Positions 10,591-22,540 of a stretch of 37,468 nt of DNA are shown here, one piece after another. The position numbers and the translations under genes were made by a program. The stretch covers positions 4,132,046 through 4,169,513 of the forward strand of contig NC_068992.1 in NCBI RefSeq assembly GCF_001194135.2, read 5' to 3'. The notes beneath the pieces are model-generated. The model saw nothing but the letters and a program-made list of their open reading frames with translations. It was not told the origin of the DNA and ran no database searches. Each line of letters begins with the position of its first letter. Position 1 is the first letter of the stretch. Source of the DNA: Octopus bimaculoides (taxonomy: Eukaryota).

Positions 10591-10997
10591 GACAATCTTC
10601 AAATAGAATATTAAAATTAAAATTGCATTTTTCTGAAGTGTAATTAAATTGAGTGGTATTCACATAAACTTTCATCCTATAAATGATTAACATATTTAAA
10701 ACTGGCTATAATTGCCATATGTTAATTACATTTTTTGGATTTTAAAATTTTGTAATTTAAATGTAACAATTGCTTGTTTATATTAATTTGTTTTTTTGAA
10801 AGATTATTTTGATCAAAACTGATTAAATAAGCAACAATTATAATTGTTCAATCATCGAAATGCATTTGTCGTTAAACTAGGAAACGCCACTCTGCGATAA
10901 CCTACGATAACACATATTGTATATCTACTTCGCAAACATCTCTGTTTCTCTCATTACCCCCTCCCTTTCTCTCTGTACTAAATACACACACACACAC

Positions 10998-11057
<60 letters not shown>

Positions 11058-11061
11058 GAAT

Positions 11062-11353
11062 AAAGAAAAAGAATGACTTCACTGGTAGTTCTAATCAGTT
11101 TAATTTATTATTTAAAAAAATTTTTAATAATGTAAATTTTAATTCATAGATCTGGTAAGTTCTTTGTTAACATAGGTGGGGAGATTTAAAAATAAAAATT
11201 CCTTGTCTTTTGGAGAACTTTCTCGAATTCGTAAAATCTCCACAGCCAAGTTTAAAAAGAACTTACAAGATCAATGAACTAAAATTTATATTATTAAAAA
11301 ATGTTCATATAATAATAAACTGATTAGAACTACCAGTGAAGTTCTTTTTCTTT
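11062..11353. mobile_element. Fold-back (MITE-like) element with ~125-bp inverted arms and a ~45-bp spacer
   Basis: 11062-11187 is the imperfect reverse complement of 11234-11353. There is an exact 27-bp match: acttcactggtagttctaatcagttta (11076-11102) vs 11316-11342. No ORF. Superfamily not determined. Confidence 0.8.
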
Positions 11354-12424
11354 TGTCAAATATACTTAACTGTACCAACACATACACAGACACACACACT
11401 CACACACAAACATATATATGTATAGGTTTGGCTAAAAGTCCTCCGACAGTAACTCAAAATTCCATAAATACTAATTCATATTTTCACAACATAGAATATA
11501 ACTTCTGGTCTTGAAGTGGCTTTTTTCCTATCGCTGACCTTATCACTCCAGAACAGAATTAAAATTAGGGTTAACAAAAAGGTGATAATATATCAAAGTA
11601 CCTGGATAATAAATATTTCACATCCTGTCACAAGTACTACGGTGTAGCTATGACAACAACGACGCAGTTTTCTGGCTCATTGATACAGCAGTAAGTAGTT
11701 ACATTTGCTTGGCACTGCTCCCAACTAGATAAGGGTTCGCTTTATAATTAACGAATCAGTCAGCTTGCTCTATTGAGTGCAAGATTTCCTACAGAGATGC
11801 TCACTACAAGGCTTCGTTTCATCAATTTCATGCGAATTCCTACAATGCAAGTTTAATTATCTATGTAACCCCTGATATATTTTAGACTTGATCTAATGGG
11901 TTTGTATTATGTAGTACATTGTATTGTGTACCGCGTTGATAGATCGACGTGGCGGGTATTATATTTAAGAATAGGAGAACGTATGAAATAAACGAAAACT
12001 AGAAGTTTCTTTGACAGAGATTTCTTAAACCTCTCAGATGACACACAGTTGTAATTAACTCAAGAGAGTGAAGGTGAAAAAGTATAGGTTTAATACGAAG
12101 TGGTTTCTGTGAGAAAATACATTTAGCAATATATTATATATGTAACAATATACAGCATATTATATTACAATTTGCCACAGTATATATTCTCATATGCATT
12201 AAAATTTACGTAACAACACGTACTTACACACACAAACATATATACTTGTTATATAATGTGCATTAAAGTGCATGTTACATATAAAAGATTAATGTCAAAA
12301 TTAAAAGGAAAAGAAGAAACGGGAACGCAAGGGAAAAGCTTATTCTAGATTTAATTTATTCCAGAAACGATTTATGATAATAAGCGCACATACATAAATG
12401 GGTATGAATGTATTACTCTTTACT

Positions 12425-12474
12425 CTTTTATTCTTTTACTTGTTTCAGTCATTTGACTGCGGCCATGCTGGAGC
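12425..12474 (-). mobile_element. SINE family A tail fragment
   Basis: cttttacttgtttcagtcatttgactgcggccatgctggagca. Confidence 0.8.
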
Positions 12475-13095
12475 AACATCTTCAGCTCGGACGACGACTT
12501 CTTCACAATGGTCTCGCCTCATGGAGTGCTGCAAAGAAACCTTTTTTGTCCAAGAAAAACGTGAAGGACAGACTTGCCTTTTGCAGAAAATATAAAAATT
12601 GGTCTAGTGAAGTGATTTTTTTCTGAAGCACCATTTTAATTGTTTGGGACATCTGGAAAAAGTCTCGTCAGAAGGCGATAAGATGAACGCTATGATGAGG
12701 CCTGTACTGTGTCCACGGTCAAGTATCCAGAAACCATTCATGTGTGGGGTTGGTTTTCATCCAAGGGCGTTGAATCACTGTCAGTTTTGTCGAAAAGCAC
12801 ATCTATGAATTCCTCATGGTGCCAAAATGTTCTTGAAAACCATCTCCTTCCAACCGTTGAGAGGCATTTTGACAAAGGAACTTGCATTATCCAACAAGAT
12901 GGAGCACCTTGCCAACTGCTTAAAAGATTAAAAAGTATCTTGGAGATAAAGGTATTGAAATTTTGGAAACTTGGCCGGGAAATTCTCCAGATTTAAATCC
13001 TACTGGAAATTTGAGGTCTATCCTTAAAGTTCGAGTTGGCAGAAAAAAGACAACAAATACTGAAGAGTTGAAAGATCTTGCACAGCAAGAATGTC
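12475..13095 (+). pseudogene. Tc1-family (DD34E-type) transposase remnant without terminal inverted repeats (TIRs)
   Basis: Translated across frameshifts: RRLLHNGLASWSAAKKPFLSKKNVKDRLAFCRKYKNW...VIF...TVKYPETIHVWGWFSSKGV...IIQQDGAPC...WPGNSPDLNPTGNLRSILK. The first D is lost at a frameshift, the final E is replaced by G, and there are in-frame stops. Confidence 0.92.
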
Positions 13096-13096
13096 T

Positions 13097-13210
13097 GACT
13101 TAGCGGTTTGGCGAAGTAACCGATAGAGTGTCGATTCGTTCGACTAGAATACTTCAAGGTGCACCCTAGCATGGATGCAGTCCAATGACTGAAACTAGTA
13201 AAAGATAAAA
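13097..13210 (+). mobile_element. SINE family A tail module
   Basis: cttagcggtttggcgaag...ccgatagag...cttcaaggtgcaccctagcatggatgcagtccaatgactgaaactagtaaaag. Confidence 0.75.
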
Positions 13211-13325
13211 AAAAAAACATACAACCATTGACACATATATATATACATGTAATCACGCGTACATACATACACACATACATTCAATCATACATACAATCAT
13301 GCATACATACACACGTACATGCAAT

Positions 13326-13363
<38 letters not shown>

Positions 13364-13683
13364 ATCACACAAGCACATCACCTGATGATATAAGTACATT
13401 GATAACACATTAAATAGCAAATAATAACACACGGACACACACACAGCTAGAAGCAGGCTGAACATTTTTCTTTCTCGCTGTATACACCCCCCCCCACACA
13501 TACTTACATACATGCCTTCATACATACATACATACATACATACATACATGCGTACATCCATACATACACACACATACAGACATATGCACATATATATATA
13601 TTCTTACATATATATATTCACATAACTTCATACATACATGCATATATATGTATACATATACAAACATACACATATGCTTATAT

Positions 13684-13768
<85 letters not shown>

Positions 13769-15737
13769 NNNNNNNNNNNNNNNNNNNNNNNNNNNNNNNN
13801 NNNNNNNNNNNNNNNNNNNNNNNNNNNNNNNNNNNNNNNNNNNNNNNNNNNNNNNNNNNNNNNNNNNNNNNNNNNNNNNNNNNNNNNNNNNNNNNNNNNN
13901 NNNNNNNNNNNNNNNNNNNNNNNNNNNNNNNNNNNNNNNNNNNNNNNNNNNNNNNNNNNNNNNNNNNNNNNNNNNNNNNNNNNNNNNNNNNNNNNNNNNN
14001 NNNNNNNNNNNNNNNNNNNNNNNNNNNNNNNNNNNNNNNNNNNNNNNNNNNNNNNNNNNNNNNNNNNNNNNNNNNNNNNNNNNNNNNNNNNNNNNNNNNN
14101 NNNNNNNNNNNNNNNNNNNNNNNNNNNNNNNNNNNNNNNNNNNNNNNNNNNNNNNNNNNNNNNNNNNNNNNNNNNNNNNNNNNNNNNNNNNNNNNNNNNN
14201 NNNNNNNNNNNNNNNNNNNNNNNNNNNNNNNNNNNNNNNNNNNNNNNNNNNNNNNNNNNNNNNNNNNNNNNNNNNNNNNNNNNNNNNNNNNNNNNNNNNN
14301 NNNNNNNNNNNNNNNNNNNNNNNNNNNNNNNNNNNNNNNNNNNNNNNNNNNNNNNNNNNNNNNNNNNNNNNNNNNNNNNNNNNNNNNNNNNNNNNNNNNA
14401 CACCAGGATAACAAAACAAATAGGAAGCCATTATAATTTTTTTTTTTGTGTCTTTGTTTCTTTTTTTCATTATCCGTTAGCTTTCTTTCGTAATGTCTGC
14501 TGCATTGTTTAGTATCACATGTATATAAAATCGTAATTATTTTGGGCATCATCATTATCATCATCATTATTATCGTCATCATCAACATTGCTACCATCAT
14601 CATCGTCGTCTTCGTGTTCGCCGTCGACGGCGTCTTCATCGTAGTCGTTGTCCATCTTCATAATCAGCAACTCTGTCGTCGTCGTCATCATTATCGTTTC
14701 TGGCTGATGTGTTTTGTTGCATTATATAGCCCTAGGTCCTTCCTCCTCAGACAAACCTTTTATGATTAAAGACGTTCCAACTTTAACCCCCACCCCTTTT
14801 TCTTCATTTTTCTTTTTCATTTTCCTTCAGATATATCCCAAACTAGATTATCCAAAATCCCATTCCCCAGATTACATATTTTTAAAGCTCCAAAATAGGA
14901 TTAGGGACATAGTTACTTTTAGGAGGTCGATTGATCAACCACGTAGAGGTGGCAATATTGATGATATTAGCTAAATTTTAGGATCGAAGTGGTCATTTGT
15001 GGAGTGGAGAAAAAAGTATAGAGCGGTAGACTAATGCAAAAATAATAATTCATTCCGTCTGTCTATGGCGAGTTCAAATCCAACTTGGAATCATATTTAC
15101 ATTTCATTTCTCCAGTGGGTCAGTGTGTTAGTGGTAATTGTATGTTAGTATGTTAGAGATAGCAGACAAAATATTAGAGATTTGCGATGAAGAGGAAGAA
15201 GAACAAACGAATAATGATGATGTTGAGGATAATGATGTTGATGATGATGATGATGATGACCATGATCAAGATCATGACGTCACTTGTATTAGTGTCTGTT
15301 TTTGCTATTTATAGCGATGATAGTGATTGTAGCAATGCTGATCATAGTAGTGATAGCGGTAGATATTTAATTAGCCCTGATGGTAGTATTAGTGTCGTAT
15401 TGATATTTTTTATGATGATGATGATGATGATGATGAAGACGATAGTGTTGTTGTTGTTGTTGCTGGTGGTGGTGGCATCCTTAATTACGGTGTTGTTAAG
15501 TAACTATTTATGTTTTATTTTGACGCCCACTTTATAATCCAGCCCTCTGGCAGACGTTCATCCCAAATAAAACAAATCTTTCTCCTTTCTATAATTAAAT
15601 GACATTTCATAAATCATAAAAACATTTTAATCTTGATAAGAATAATTTACGTATTGACCTCACGCCTCCCTGCTTACAGAAATTCACACACGCACGCGCA
15701 CACACACACACATGCGTTTGCGCGCGCGTGTATATAA

Positions 15738-15771
<34 letters not shown>

Positions 15772-17407
15772 ATGTATATATATATATATATATATAAAAG
15801 ATAATAAGAGTGAAAAAACTACAGAAGGCTTGTGTTACATGGTTAAAGTATATATTTAAATTATGTCAGAAAAATGTTATAAAATTTTTTTGGTATATAA
15901 ACGTTGTATTTGGAGAAATAACCGGTTTCGTGTTGTCTTTTCAAATTTCTCTACTTCATTGTAACANNNNNNNNNNNNNNNNNNNNNNNNNNNNNNNNNN
16001 NNNNNNNNNNNNNNNNNNNNNNNNNNNNNNNNNNNNNNNNNNNNNNNNNNNNNNNNNNNNNNNNNNNNNNNNNNNNNNNNNNNNNNNNNNNNNNNNNNNN
16101 NNNNNNNNNNNNNNNNNNNNNNNNNNNNNNNNNNNNNNNNNNNNNNNNNNNNNNNNNNNNNNNNNNNNNNNNNNNNNNNNNNNNNNNNNNNNNNNNNNNN
16201 NNNNNNNNNNNNNNNNNNNNNNNNNNNNNNNNNNNNNNNNNNNNNNNNNNNNNNNNNNNNNNNNNNNNNNNNNNNNNNNNNNNNNNNNNNNNNNNNNNNN
16301 NNNNNNNNNNNNNNNNNNNNNNNNNNNNNNNNNNNNNNNNNNNNNNNNNNNNNNNNNNNNNNNNNNNNNNNNNNNNNNNNNNNNNNNNNNNNNNNNNNNN
16401 NNNNNNNNNNNNNNNNNNNNNNNNNNNNNNNNNNNNNNNNNNNNNNNNNNNNNNNNNNNNNNNNNNNNNNNNNNNNATATGTATATATATATGTGCATAT
16501 GTATGTATATATATGTGTATTATATATATGTATGTATATATGTATATATATGTGTGTGTATGCACACATATATATATATATATATATATGTACGTATATA
16601 TGTATATATATATGTGCATGTATGTATAAGTGTGTGTGTGTGTGTGTATGTATATATATATCACAAGAACTTTGGCTGGAAATTAAATATTTTAATGAGT
16701 AAGGGAGACAATCGACTTACGTTATTTGAATGAACATTTAGCAATGAGCGAGTGATGTATGAGAGGCCGGTAACCTTGTGGAGGACATATAGCTGTGGCA
16801 CCACATTCAAACCAAGAGTGTAGATGTGTAAAGAGATAACTGTTAATGATTTGTTACATAGACTCAACAGATGGAATTATGTAGCAAAGGAACCTGTCGA
16901 TTATAACGGCCCAGTTTTCGATTGATACATATTTCATTCATCTGAGAGTGACAAAATACGCAACCAGTCACGTAAGGCTGGAAGAAAAGTTATTAAGCAT
17001 TTTATCCCTCGCACGGCTCACCAAGAAGTATCCCTCAGAAATAAAAGGAAATGTTCCAATCTGAGTTTAGACATTAGAAGAATATTCGGATAATAGAAAA
17101 TTCGGATAATAGAACAGACTCGAAAAATAAAATAGAAGAGAAACAGAAATAATTGATGCTCCTCTGTTCAGAAGCGACGGTGGAAGAGGTTATGTGGGTG
17201 GATGTGGGTAAAATAGTTGCAGACACACTTTCCTCTTCCGCTTACGTCTATACAAGATGCTTTCTCGAGACGAAAACTGCGACTTCAAAGCTTTCTGCAA
17301 TATATCTGAGTTAAGCATGATATACAGAATACTAATTTGAAGCAATACAATTTCCATCGTTAATAACGAATTTTGATCTAGCCTGTTAGCTAAATTTGAA
17401 ACCAATA

Positions 17408-17449
<42 letters not shown>

Positions 17450-18111
17450 AGAAACCGGGTGACCAGCCCTATACTTCTTACGGGTTAATATAAACTAACC
17501 ATATATATGAAAGTACGTATGTATAATAATTATTAAATTGTTTTATAATAGTCTTTCGCATCTACATCTCTCCCTCTCCCCCCTCTCTCTCTGTTGGTAG
17601 AATGTGTAAATAATAAATGTAATCTAAAACCATTCACAAATAGGATACAGATCGATAGAATACACACAATCAGTTCCAAAACAGTTGATAAAAACATTTT
17701 AATTTGTAACATTGATTTCCAAGCTTATATTTCAGTTTGAAGAACTGTTATTCTCTGGTAATATTACACATATAAATCCAACAGTGAGCTCACTATGAAA
17801 TGGCAGCTAATGTAACACTTTATGCTTTTGCGCTTTCATTTTCTATTTCCCTTCTTTTGATATCAACGTTGACATTCAACGTATACAAATGTGTTCTGCG
17901 AACATAGCTTCATGATAAATTTATTGTTTTTTTTTTATAATGAAATATCGAGTACATATTTGTAAAATGTTACAGTAAATAAATTCACTGAATTTCCTCC
18001 CACGCATTTTGCAAAAAAAAAAAAAAACAAGTTGAAAATTCCCCATTGATATGGTGCAGTGATATACAACCGTTTTGAAAAATGGGACCATAAATTTCCT
18101 ATGGCCTGTCA

Positions 18112-18507
18112 TACAAGGGTGAGTCAAAAAGTAATGCCATTTTGTTTAGGATATGTATAATTACCAACACAAGAACATGTATCATACATCAAAATGAAGC
18201 TGGTCCTCTGTGGATCACATCCCTACTTCACAACATAGTCACCGTTTCTCTCAATAACAATGTACCACCTTCGAATGAGAGCATGTATCCCTGCCCCGTA
18301 AAATTCTGTTGACTGTTCGTTGAGCCACTTCTTCACTACAGTTTTCACTTCTTCGTCACTGGACTATCATCTCTTCGTCCCCATGAAAGAGGGTTTGAGA
18401 GGCAAACATTATTCCACAGAGGACCAGCTTCATTTTGATGTATGATACATGTTCTTGTGTTGGTAATTATACCTGCCCTAAACAAAATGGTCTTACTTTT
18501 TGACTCA
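18112..18507. mobile_element. Rearranged mariner derivative with 95-bp inverted arms, both derived from the 3' end
   Basis: TA followed by CAAGGGTGAGTCAAAAAGTAATGCC at the left end. 18120-18214 is the reverse complement of 18413-18507 (5 mismatches). The interior holds mariner C-terminal peptides in opposite orientations: minus SDEEVKTVVKKWLNEQSTEFYGAGIHALIRRWYIVIERNGDYVVK* and plus DYHLFVPMKEGLRGKHYS. Confidence 0.88.
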
Positions 18508-18666
18508 TTAGATATCATTTGATCAACAGACAACATCTTAAGCTTTAAGGAGTAAACCTTCTCTCCCTGCAAATATAAAGAATATTTTACACTCAAATAC
18601 TTCAAAGAAGACACCCTATAAACAAGGGTAACTACAAACGAGGGTAACCCTACACGGATAGCCCCT

Positions 18667-18700
<34 letters not shown>

Positions 18701-18854
18701 GCTAACTGGCTGATAATGTAGCCGATTTGTTGATCTAGGAAGGATAAAAGGTAATGATGACTTCGGCTGAATTTGAACACACTGCGTAGAACATCGGATA
18801 AAAAATAAAACGCAAGATATTCTCTATCGATTCTCACCCAAAGAAGCATATTGT

Positions 18855-18981
18855 TTTCAAATTTTTAGGAGAGCGGAGTAAGCCGATTACATCGACCCCA
18901 ATGCTCGCCCAGCTCGTACTTATTTTATCGATCCCGAAAGGATGGAATACAAAATCAACCTCACTGGAACTTGAACTCAGT
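18855..18981 (-). mobile_element. SINE family B, cut by an N-gap
   Basis: cgattacatcgacccc...tacttattttatcgatcccgaaaggatg...ttgaactcag. Confidence 0.8.
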
Positions 18982-20226
18982 NNNNNNNNNNNNNNNNNNN
19001 NNNNNNNNNNNNNNNNNNNNNNNNNNNNNNNNNNNNNNNNNNNNNNNNNNNNNNNNNNNNNNNNNNNNNNNNNNNNNNNNNNNNNNNNNNNNNNNNNNNN
19101 NNNNNNNNNNNNNNNNNNNNNNNNNNNNNNNNNNNNNNNNNNNNNNNNNNNNNNNNNNNNNNNNNNNNNNNNNNNNNNNNNNNNNNNNNNNNNNNNNNNN
19201 NNNNNNNNNNNNNNNNNNNNNNNNNNNNNNNNNNNNNNNNNNNNNNNNNNNNNNNNNNNNNNNNNNNNNNNNNNNNNNNNNNNNNNNNNNNNNNNNNNNN
19301 NNNNNNNNNNNNNNNNNNNNNNNNNNNNNNNNNNNNNNNNNNNNNNNNNNNNNNNNNNNNNNNNNNNNNNNNNNNNNNNNNNNNNNNNNNNNNNNNNNNN
19401 NNNNNNNNNNNNNNNNNNNNNNNNNNNNNNNNNNNNNNNNNNNNNNNNNNNNNNNNNNNNNNNNNNNNNNNNNNNNNNNNNNNNNNNNNNNNNNNNNNNN
19501 NNNNNNNNNNNNNNNNNNNNNNNNNNNNNNNNNNNNNNNNNNNNNNNNNNNNNNNNNNNNNNNNNNNNNNNNNNNNNNNNNNNNNNNNNNNNNNNNNNNN
19601 NNNNNNNNNNNNNNNNNNNNNNNNNNNNNNNNNNNNNNNNNNNNNNNNNNNNNNNNNNNNNNNNNNNNNNNNNNNNNNNNNNNNNNNNNNNNNNNNNNNN
19701 NNNNNNNNNNNNNNNNNNNNNNNNNNNNNNNNNNNNNNNNNNNNNNNNNNNNNNNNNNNNNNNNNNNNNNNNNNNNNNNAAAGATATTTTATGGTGAATC
19801 ATTGCTAAGTCTAAAGGTAATGTAACGTATCAAACAAACATATATATATATATATCAAACAACTGAAATAATAAAAGGAATAATAACGATTATGAAGATG
19901 TTTGTCACGATGATGATGATAAGGAGGAGGAGGAGGAAGAGGAGGAAGGGAAGGAGGAGAATGTGGGTGTTCAAAATAATGGTTTTGGGAATTCTTGTGC
20001 GCCAGTAATACTATTATTATATATTCGCAATCGTTTTGATATAAATAGAAGTGAATTCGTACCAGACCTTCTTCTTGAACAATTTCCTCCGTTTGTTGCT
20101 TGCTTTTTATTTTCCTCAATTCATCGAAGAGTTGGATATAATGTCTATCTATCTATCTACACACACTCTCTCTCTGTGTCTTTCTCTTTCTGTGTGTGTG
20201 CGCGCGCATACATATATATATCTATA

Positions 20227-22368
20227 TTTCTTTATTGCCCACAGGGGGGCTAAGCACAGAGGGGACTAACAAAGGGATTAGGTCGATTATATCAACCTCA
20301 GTGCGTAACTGGTACTTCTTTAATCGCCCACCCCCCCCGAAAGGATGAAAGGCAAAGTGGACCTCGGCGGAATTTGAACTCAAAACGTAACGGCCGATTC
20401 GGCAACATTCGTTTATTTTCTAGAAAATGGGGTCATAACTCCGAAATATTGAATTGTAATGTAAGCGTACATTAATTTATATATTTGTTTTCTTGTGATT
20501 TACCTTGCGTTTTCTTCGCATTGTTTTGGCCTTACCCACGATCCTTTATACAAGATATATATANNNNNNNNNNNNNNNNNNNNNNNNNNNNNNNNNNNNN
20601 NNNNNNNNNNNNNNNNNNNNNNNNNNNNNNNNNNNNNNNNNNNNNNNNNNNNNNNNNNNNNNNNNNNNNNNNNNNNNNNNNNNNNNNNNNNNNNNNNNNN
20701 NNNNNNNNNNNNNNNNNNNNNNNNNNNNNNNNNNNNNNNNNNNNNNNNNNNNNNNNNNNNNNNNNNNNNNNNNNNNNNNNNNNNNNNNNNNNNNNNNNNN
20801 NNNNNNNNNNNNNNNNNNNNNNNNNNNNNNNNNNNNNNNNNNNNNNNNNNNNNNNNNNNNNNNNNNNNNNNNCTGAATGAACAGAAAGCAAATAGAAATA
20901 TATCCCTTTGATTTTGGCACAAGTTCACCAATTTTGGGGGTAGGGTCAAGTCGAGTACTTTGACTCCAGTGCTTACCTGGTGCTTATTTCATTGACCTTG
21001 TAAGGATGAAAAGCAAAGTTGACCTCAATGATATTTGAATTTAGAGCAATAAATAATAATAGTTTCAAGTTTTGGCACAAGGCTTGAAATTTCGCGGGAG
21101 GAAGATGAGTCAATTATATCGACCCCAGTATTCAAATGGTACTTATTTTATCGACCCTAAAAGGCTGAAAGGTAAAATCGACCTGGGCGGGATTTGAACT
21201 CAGAACGAAAGGCATTTTCTCTGGGGTGTTGACGATTCTGCCACCTCGCCGCCTTACAGAGAATAGTAATAATCCTTTCTTCTATAGGCACAAGGCCTGA
21301 ATCTTTATTCATTTATTTTTTTGGTTGGGGGGACTAATCGATTACATTGACTCAGCGTTTCACTGGTACTTAATTTATCGACCCTGAACGGATGAAAAGC
21401 AAAGTCGACCTCGGCAGAATTTGTTTAGTCCCAGGACAAACCTGTTCCAGAAAATCTATACCAAAACGTATTCCACTCATAACCATAGTGTCTTATTTAG
21501 ATGTATATGGCAATATCTACGCTGTCCTGTTATTTCTCTATGATGCAGTCTATGTACAGCGCTATATGTTGGACTACAACGTAGTTTGTGCTGCTAACTA
21601 CGTTGCTTCTGGGGACAGCGTGTTGCTATATTTTGTCTGCTTTTTTTTTGTTGTTGTTTTAATTTACTTTCAAATTTAAAAAAATTAAAGGTTAGAATCA
21701 TTATTGAATATCATATTTAATTATATTCAAAGTAAATTACTACCAAACTACTGCCAATTTTTGTTTTTTATGTGTGCTAGCTTGCCGGCACAGTAATAAT
21801 AATCCGTTTTTCTATAGCGGCGATTATCAACCAGGGTCCACATGACCCCTGCAGGGGGTCATAAAGACGGACTAAACGTTGCTGAGCATTTTGTCCGGCA
21901 TTCTAACGATTTTTGCCAACTCACCACCTTAAAAATAATCTTTTCTTATTTTGGCAGAAATGTAAAATTTTGTTACTAAAGTTTACGCGTAATAAATCGG
22001 TTCCACTTCAACAATTCTCAAAATGTCTTAACAATCTTTAATGCAATTCCTAATAACATTTATTTATAAACAAAAATAAGAGGATTTTTTAAGCATCGAA
22101 TGGCTGTGAGGGTCTACCTGAGTACAATAAGAATCAAAGAGGTTCAAAGGTAAAAAGTGATTAAAAAATACCGTTCTATCGGAATGAGGCTTGAAATTTT
22201 GGCGGAAGCGGGATAGTCGATTACATCGACCCCAGTACTTGACTGTTACTTAATTTATCGACACCGAAAGGATGAAAGGCAAAATCAACTTCTTCGGAAG
22301 TGTAAAAGCGGAAGGAAATATCGCTAAACCTTTTGTTCGACAAGCTAAAGATTCAGAGTACTCGACGC
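20227..22368 (-). mobile_element. Cluster of co-oriented SINE family B copies
   Basis: Copies at about 20227-20397 (alternative tail ttattgcccacaggggggctaagcacagagg), 20905-21046, 21062-21255, 21271-21423, 21864-21930 (head only) and 22180-22368. They share cgacccc.aaaggatgaaaggcaaagtcgacc and tttgaactca. Confidence 0.85.
21816..22173. mobile_element. Possible old hAT/MER-like non-autonomous DNA element interrupting a SINE tail
   Basis: The left end agcggcgattatcaaccagggtcc and right end aaaaagtgattaaaaaataccg resemble decayed CAGNGGTTCTCAACC-type termini (from recollection). It is flanked by a TTCTAT direct repeat (21810-15, 22174-79), and the SINE B tail resumes after it. Confidence 0.35.
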
Positions 22369-22540
22369 GTTAATAATAATAATAATGGTTTCAAATTTTG
22401 GCAAATGGCCCATGGCACATGGCACAACAGGATTTCAACTACGAATGTAAAGAACCGAAAGAAATATCTCTAATCATGTCGTCTGCAAGTTCACTTCCTT
22501 AATAGCAATAATAATAATTTATATATATGTATATATATAT

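Noticed and set aside
17084-17114. 15-bp direct repeat attcggataatagaa with period 16
   Set aside because: A single local duplication with no element between the copies. It cannot be distinguished from slippage.
17161-17405. Open frames and splice-like sites on both strands (KALKSQFSSRESILYR; EATVEEVMWVDV)
   Set aside because: Several mutually exclusive weak candidates, none with recognisable homology.
19811-20253. ORFs with acidic or proline/histidine runs
   Set aside because: They derive from degenerate (GAT)/(GAG) trinucleotide repeats and run into microsatellites. No splice structure.
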